Below, in pieces: positions 7,323 through 10,688 of a stretch of 10,688 nucleotides of DNA (position 1 is its first letter; the number at the start of each line of letters is the position of its first letter). The translations under genes were made by a program, and so were the position numbers. This DNA is from a bacterium (GTDB lineage: Bacteria; Arandabacterota; Arandabacteria; Arandabacterales; JALGWA01): positions 1 through 10,688 of the forward strand of contig JASFEA010000109.1 of NCBI GenBank assembly GCA_050125095.1, in the 5' to 3' direction. The notes under the pieces were generated by a model. That model had not been told where the DNA came from and ran no database searches. It saw only the letters and a program-made list of their open reading frames with translations.

Positions 7323-9890
7323 ATGATTCCGGACTGGGTCGCTGCGCTGTATACCGGCCAGGGCCTGTCTACCGCGGTGGCGGTGGCCATCGCAGTGGGC
7401 GCCCTCATACTGGCCGAAATCGCCTTCATAGCCATAAAGCGGCAGTCGAGGGCCGACCGGTCCGCCGAGCGCGACAGACAGCGCGCCGAGGAGCAGGATG
7501 AGATAGCCCGCATCCGCGCCAGCAATCTGGCCCGCATACTCGAAATATCCAACCGTATAAACGCCAATCTCGAACTCTACCCTCTTCTCAACCAGATCGT
7601 GGAGGCGGTGCGCGACAGCCTGGGTTTCCGCATGGTCCTCCTGAGAATCTTGAACGAGGACACGGGTTGTTTTGAGGCCAAGGCTTTCGCCGGGCTGGAC
7701 CAGGCGGCAATCGAGAAGCTCAGCGCCAACGAGGTCCCCCTTGCGACCTTCAAGACCTGGATGACGGAGGAATTCGAGGTCTCGGGCTCGTACTTCATAA
7801 GCCACGAGCACGAGTTCTGGCGGTACATGGAAGACGAGGTCTATGTGCCCGACCTCGGGGAGAGGAAGAACGGCGAGTGGCATCCAATGGACAGCCTGTT
7901 CGTGCCTCTCTGGACCCGCGACCAGCGGCTCATCGGCTATCTGTCCGTCGATGATCCCATGGACCGCAAGGTGCCCGGGCTTGAGACCATAGAGACCCTT
8001 GAGATATTCGCCAATCAGGCGGTGACCGCCATCGAGAACGCCAGGCTCTACGGCAATCTCGAAGAGCACATAATAGAGCTGCGGGAAGCGACCAAGCGGC
8101 TCAAGGAGCTCAATGAGATCAAGTCGAACTTCGTCGCGACCGTATCCCACGAGCTCAGGACTCCGCTGACCTCCATCCGGGCATATGCCGAGACCCTTTC
8201 GCGCGATCTCGGGAATTCACCGCGCGAAACCGAGCTCGAGTTTCTGAATATAATCGAGCAGGAATCCCAGAGGCTGACCTCCATAGTGGACAATATGCTG
8301 GAGCTGTCCCATATGGAGTCCGGCAAGGTCAAGATGTCCAAAACCAACACCGACCTCTGCCGGGTCGCGGAGCACGTCTCCCAGATCCTATCACCCACTG
8401 TTGAGAAGAAGTCGATTGAGCTGGAACTCATGCCCGGCGCCGAACCCGTCATGATCTTCGCCGATGAGGGCATGATGCAGCAGATGATACTGAACCTGGT
8501 CAACAATGCGATCAAGTTCACTCCGGACGGCGGAAGAGTGGAGATCTGCCTCAGGGACGGCGATTCGGCCGTCGAGGTCATTGTCCAGGACAACGGCATC
8601 GGCATCCCGCAGTCGGAGATCGACAGGATCTTCGACGGATTCTACCAGGTCGATTCCTCAGCCACGCGCCGTTACGGCGGCGTGGGGCTCGGGCTGGCGA
8701 TAGTGAACAACATCGTCGAGTGGCATGACGGCAAGATATGGGTGGACAGCGAGGAGGGCGGCGGCACGTGCTTCACCGTGAGCCTCCCGAAGCGCAAGGC
8801 GATAGCTCCGGCCGATGACCAGATAGTGGGGGAACCCGAGAAGTGCGAAACTGTCGGAGAGGTCCCGGAGCTTATCGTGGACATGATCGCGGAGATCATG
8901 GGGGCGAAAACGGCTTCGCTTATGCTCCTGAATGAAGAAAATGAGGAGCTCTATGTCGGGGCGGCCATGGGCCTCGATGAGGCCACGATGAGAAACGCCC
9001 GCGTCAAGGTGGGTGAGAGCATATCCGGGTGGGTTGCCAAAACGGGAAAGCCGCTCCTGATCCGCGACATAGAAGACGACATGAGTTTCGGCAGGCCCAA
9101 CAGGCCCAACTATGAATCCCGCTCTCTGGTGAGCGTGCCGCTTCGAAGCGAGGGCCGCGTAATCGGCGTTCTCAATGTCACCAACAAGATAAGCCTCATG
9201 CCCTTCGGCGAGAACGACGCCGAAATCCTGGAGATACTCGCGGACCGCGCGGCTTACATACTTGAGAGGCTGAGGGACTACAAGAGCGTGCGGGGCCAGT
9301 TCGGGGCCATCATCAATTCGCTGCAATGCCTCATAGACTCCAGGCGCTTTGCATTCACCAAGAGGGGAGATGAGACGGCGCGGCTGGTGGTGAAGCTCGG
9401 GCGGTCCATGGATCTGCCCGAGGAAGACCTGCGCCTGCTGCGCTACGTCTCCAGGATCTACGACGTGGGCATGGTCAGGGTGGGAGACGAAGTTATACGC
9501 AAGCGCGGCGAGCTCCGGCCCGCCGAGCTGGAGAGCATAAAGAGGCATCCCGAGGAGGGAGTCGACATAATGGCTCCCATTGAATTCCTCGGCAAGGTCA
9601 AGGAGGCCATACTTCACCACCATGAGCGCTTCGACGGCAAGGGTTATCCCGGCGGCGTGGCGGGCGAACAGATCCCCATCGCCGCCAGGATACTGGCGGT
9701 CGTCGACGCCTATGAGTCGATGATAACCGAGCGTCCCTACAGGAATGCCATGGGACGCGAGGAGGCTATTGAAGAGCTCATGAGCTGCAGCGGCACGCAA
9801 TTCGACCCGCAGGTCGTGGAGCATTTCATAGAGATAATCGGCAGAGACCAGCTGATCAAGCCGGACGAGATGAGCATGGCGGTATCGTAG
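7323..9890 (+). CDS. Sensor histidine kinase TM-GAF-HisKA-HATPase-GAF fused to a degenerate HD-GYP domain
   Basis: One TM segment; GAF; H box VSHELRTPL (His codon 8148-8150); N box NLVNNAIKFT; G1 DNGIGI; F box IFDGFYQ; G2 GGVGLGL; second GAF; HD-GYP fold with YDVG, HHHERFDGKGYP, ARILAVVDAY, RPYR and GTQFDP. Confidence 0.92.
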   Translation: MIPDWVAALYTGQGLSTAVAVAIAVGALILAEIAFIAIKRQSRADRSAERDRQRAEEQDEIARIRASNLARILEISNRINANLELYPLLNQIVEAVRDSLGFRMVLLRILNEDTGCFEAKAFAGLDQAAIEKLSANEVPLATFKTWMTEEFEVSGSYFISHEHEFWRYMEDEVYVPDLGERKNGEWHPMDSLFVPLWTRDQRLIGYLSVDDPMDRKVPGLETIETLEIFANQAVTAIENARLYGNLEEHIIELREATKRLKELNEIKSNFVATVSHELRTPLTSIRAYAETLSRDLGNSPRETELEFLNIIEQESQRLTSIVDNMLELSHMESGKVKMSKTNTDLCRVAEHVSQILSPTVEKKSIELELMPGAEPVMIFADEGMMQQMILNLVNNAIKFTPDGGRVEICLRDGDSAVEVIVQDNGIGIPQSEIDRIFDGFYQVDSSATRRYGGVGLGLAIVNNIVEWHDGKIWVDSEEGGGTCFTVSLPKRKAIAPADDQIVGEPEKCETVGEVPELIVDMIAEIMGAKTASLMLLNEENEELYVGAAMGLDEATMRNARVKVGESISGWVAKTGKPLLIRDIEDDMSFGRPNRPNYESRSLVSVPLRSEGRVIGVLNVTNKISLMPFGENDAEILEILADRAAYILERLRDYKSVRGQFGAIINSLQCLIDSRRFAFTKRGDETARLVVKLGRSMDLPEEDLRLLRYVSRIYDVGMVRVGDEVIRKRGELRPAELESIKRHPEEGVDIMAPIEFLGKVKEAILHHHERFDGKGYPGGVAGEQIPIAARILAVVDAYESMITERPYRNAMGREEAIEELMSCSGTQFDPQVVEHFIEIIGRDQLIKPDEMSMAVS

Positions 9891-9908
9891 GCACCGGGAG
9901 GTCAAAGC

Positions 9909-10280
9909 ATGTCCAAGACGAAAATACTCGTCGTCGATGACGAGGAGTACATTCAGCACATCCTGAACTTCAGTTTCTGCGCAGAGGGATACGACGTCAT
10001 GACGGCTTCCGACGGCGATGAGGCCATAAAGAAAGCGCGCCAGGAACGCCCGGACGTCATTGTCCTCGACATCATGATGCCCAAAATGGACGGGTATCAG
10101 ACCTGCAAGAAGCTCAAGAGCGATCCACAGACCAGGAGCATCCCCGTAATCCTGCTCACCGCCAAGGGCCGGGATGTCGACAGGAAGCTCGGAAAAGAAG
10201 CCGGCGCGGATGACTACGTCGTCAAGCCGTTCAGTCCCGGCAGGCTGATAGAAAGGGTCGAGGGAATACTCAACAGGTAG
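9909..10280 (+). CDS. Single-domain response regulator (REC only)
   Basis: 123 aa with ILVVDDE, IVLDIMMP, LTAK and VKPF. RBS GGGAGG at 9896-9901. Confidence 0.93.
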   Translation: MSKTKILVVDDEEYIQHILNFSFCAEGYDVMTASDGDEAIKKARQERPDVIVLDIMMPKMDGYQTCKKLKSDPQTRSIPVILLTAKGRDVDRKLGKEAGADDYVVKPFSPGRLIERVEGILNR

Positions 10281-10288
10281 GTCGTGAA

Positions 10289-10688
10289 ATGCAAAACAAC
10301 GGCCTCACCGGTGAGACCGGGTCCTTTCCGATATCGCACGGCGTCCTTTCCAATGACGACATTGAAGCCATACTTGAAAAGCTTGCGCACGCCATAGACC
10401 CGTTCATTCACGTGGACGGGCTCTCGCTCAAGATCAGCGGTTTCGTCGAGGAACTCCTGCTCCTGAGGACGCCGGAGGGGTTCAAGCGCGAGATGGTGTA
10501 CGCGAGCCGTATACTGGACGAACAGGGTTTCGCGGGGCGGGTGTTGGCGGGAGAGGGCCCTCTGGTGATAGAGAACATCGATCCGGCCTCATCCTCCTAC
10601 CCCGGATATGTAAAGCGGGAGGATTTCAAGTCGCTCGTGGGCGTGCCCCTCCTCTACAGAAAGCGCCGGGTGGGCATGCTGAGCATAT
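10289..10688 (+). CDS. GAF-domain protein (partial, runs off the window)
   Basis: Not in the ORF track; translated by hand from ATG 10289 and open to the end: MQNNGLTG...QGFAGRVLAGEGPLVIENID...EDFKSLVGVPLLYRKRRVGMLSI, a typical GAF signature. Starts 8 nt after the REC gene stop. Confidence 0.8.
   Translation, partial: MQNNGLTGETGSFPISHGVLSNDDIEAILEKLAHAIDPFIHVDGLSLKISGFVEELLLLRTPEGFKREMVYASRILDEQGFAGRVLAGEGPLVIENIDPASSSYPGYVKREDFKSLVGVPLLYRKRRVGMLSI

Noticed and set aside
6969-9959. Long minus-strand ORFs 6969-8150 and 8658-9959 (likewise 3808-4674 and 6092-6769)
   Set aside because: They lie opposite well-supported + strand genes and show no domain signatures.

Overview
GC-rich bacterial chromosomal window with all real genes on the + strand. 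The left part holds housekeeping genes: the probable 3' end of holA overlapping an unusually long holB (about 120 extra residues), a nested-hairpin REPIN/MITE-like element, a sigma70 promoter, a CdaR/YbbR-like gene with no adjacent cdaA, and tsaD. The right part is a tightly packed signalling operon behind a near-consensus sigma54 promoter. It encodes a REC-GGDEF (GGDDF variant) protein, a membrane-bound GAF-pseudo-histidine-kinase-GAF protein (His replaced by Ser, ATP boxes eroded), a paralogous intact TM-GAF-HisKA-HATPase-GAF kinase fused to a degenerate HD-GYP domain (HD changed to YD), a single-domain response regulator, and a GAF protein running off the edge. The most interesting candidate is this kinase/pseudokinase c-di-GMP circuit. 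All calls come from reading motifs by eye; no database searches were run, so novelty is unverified.
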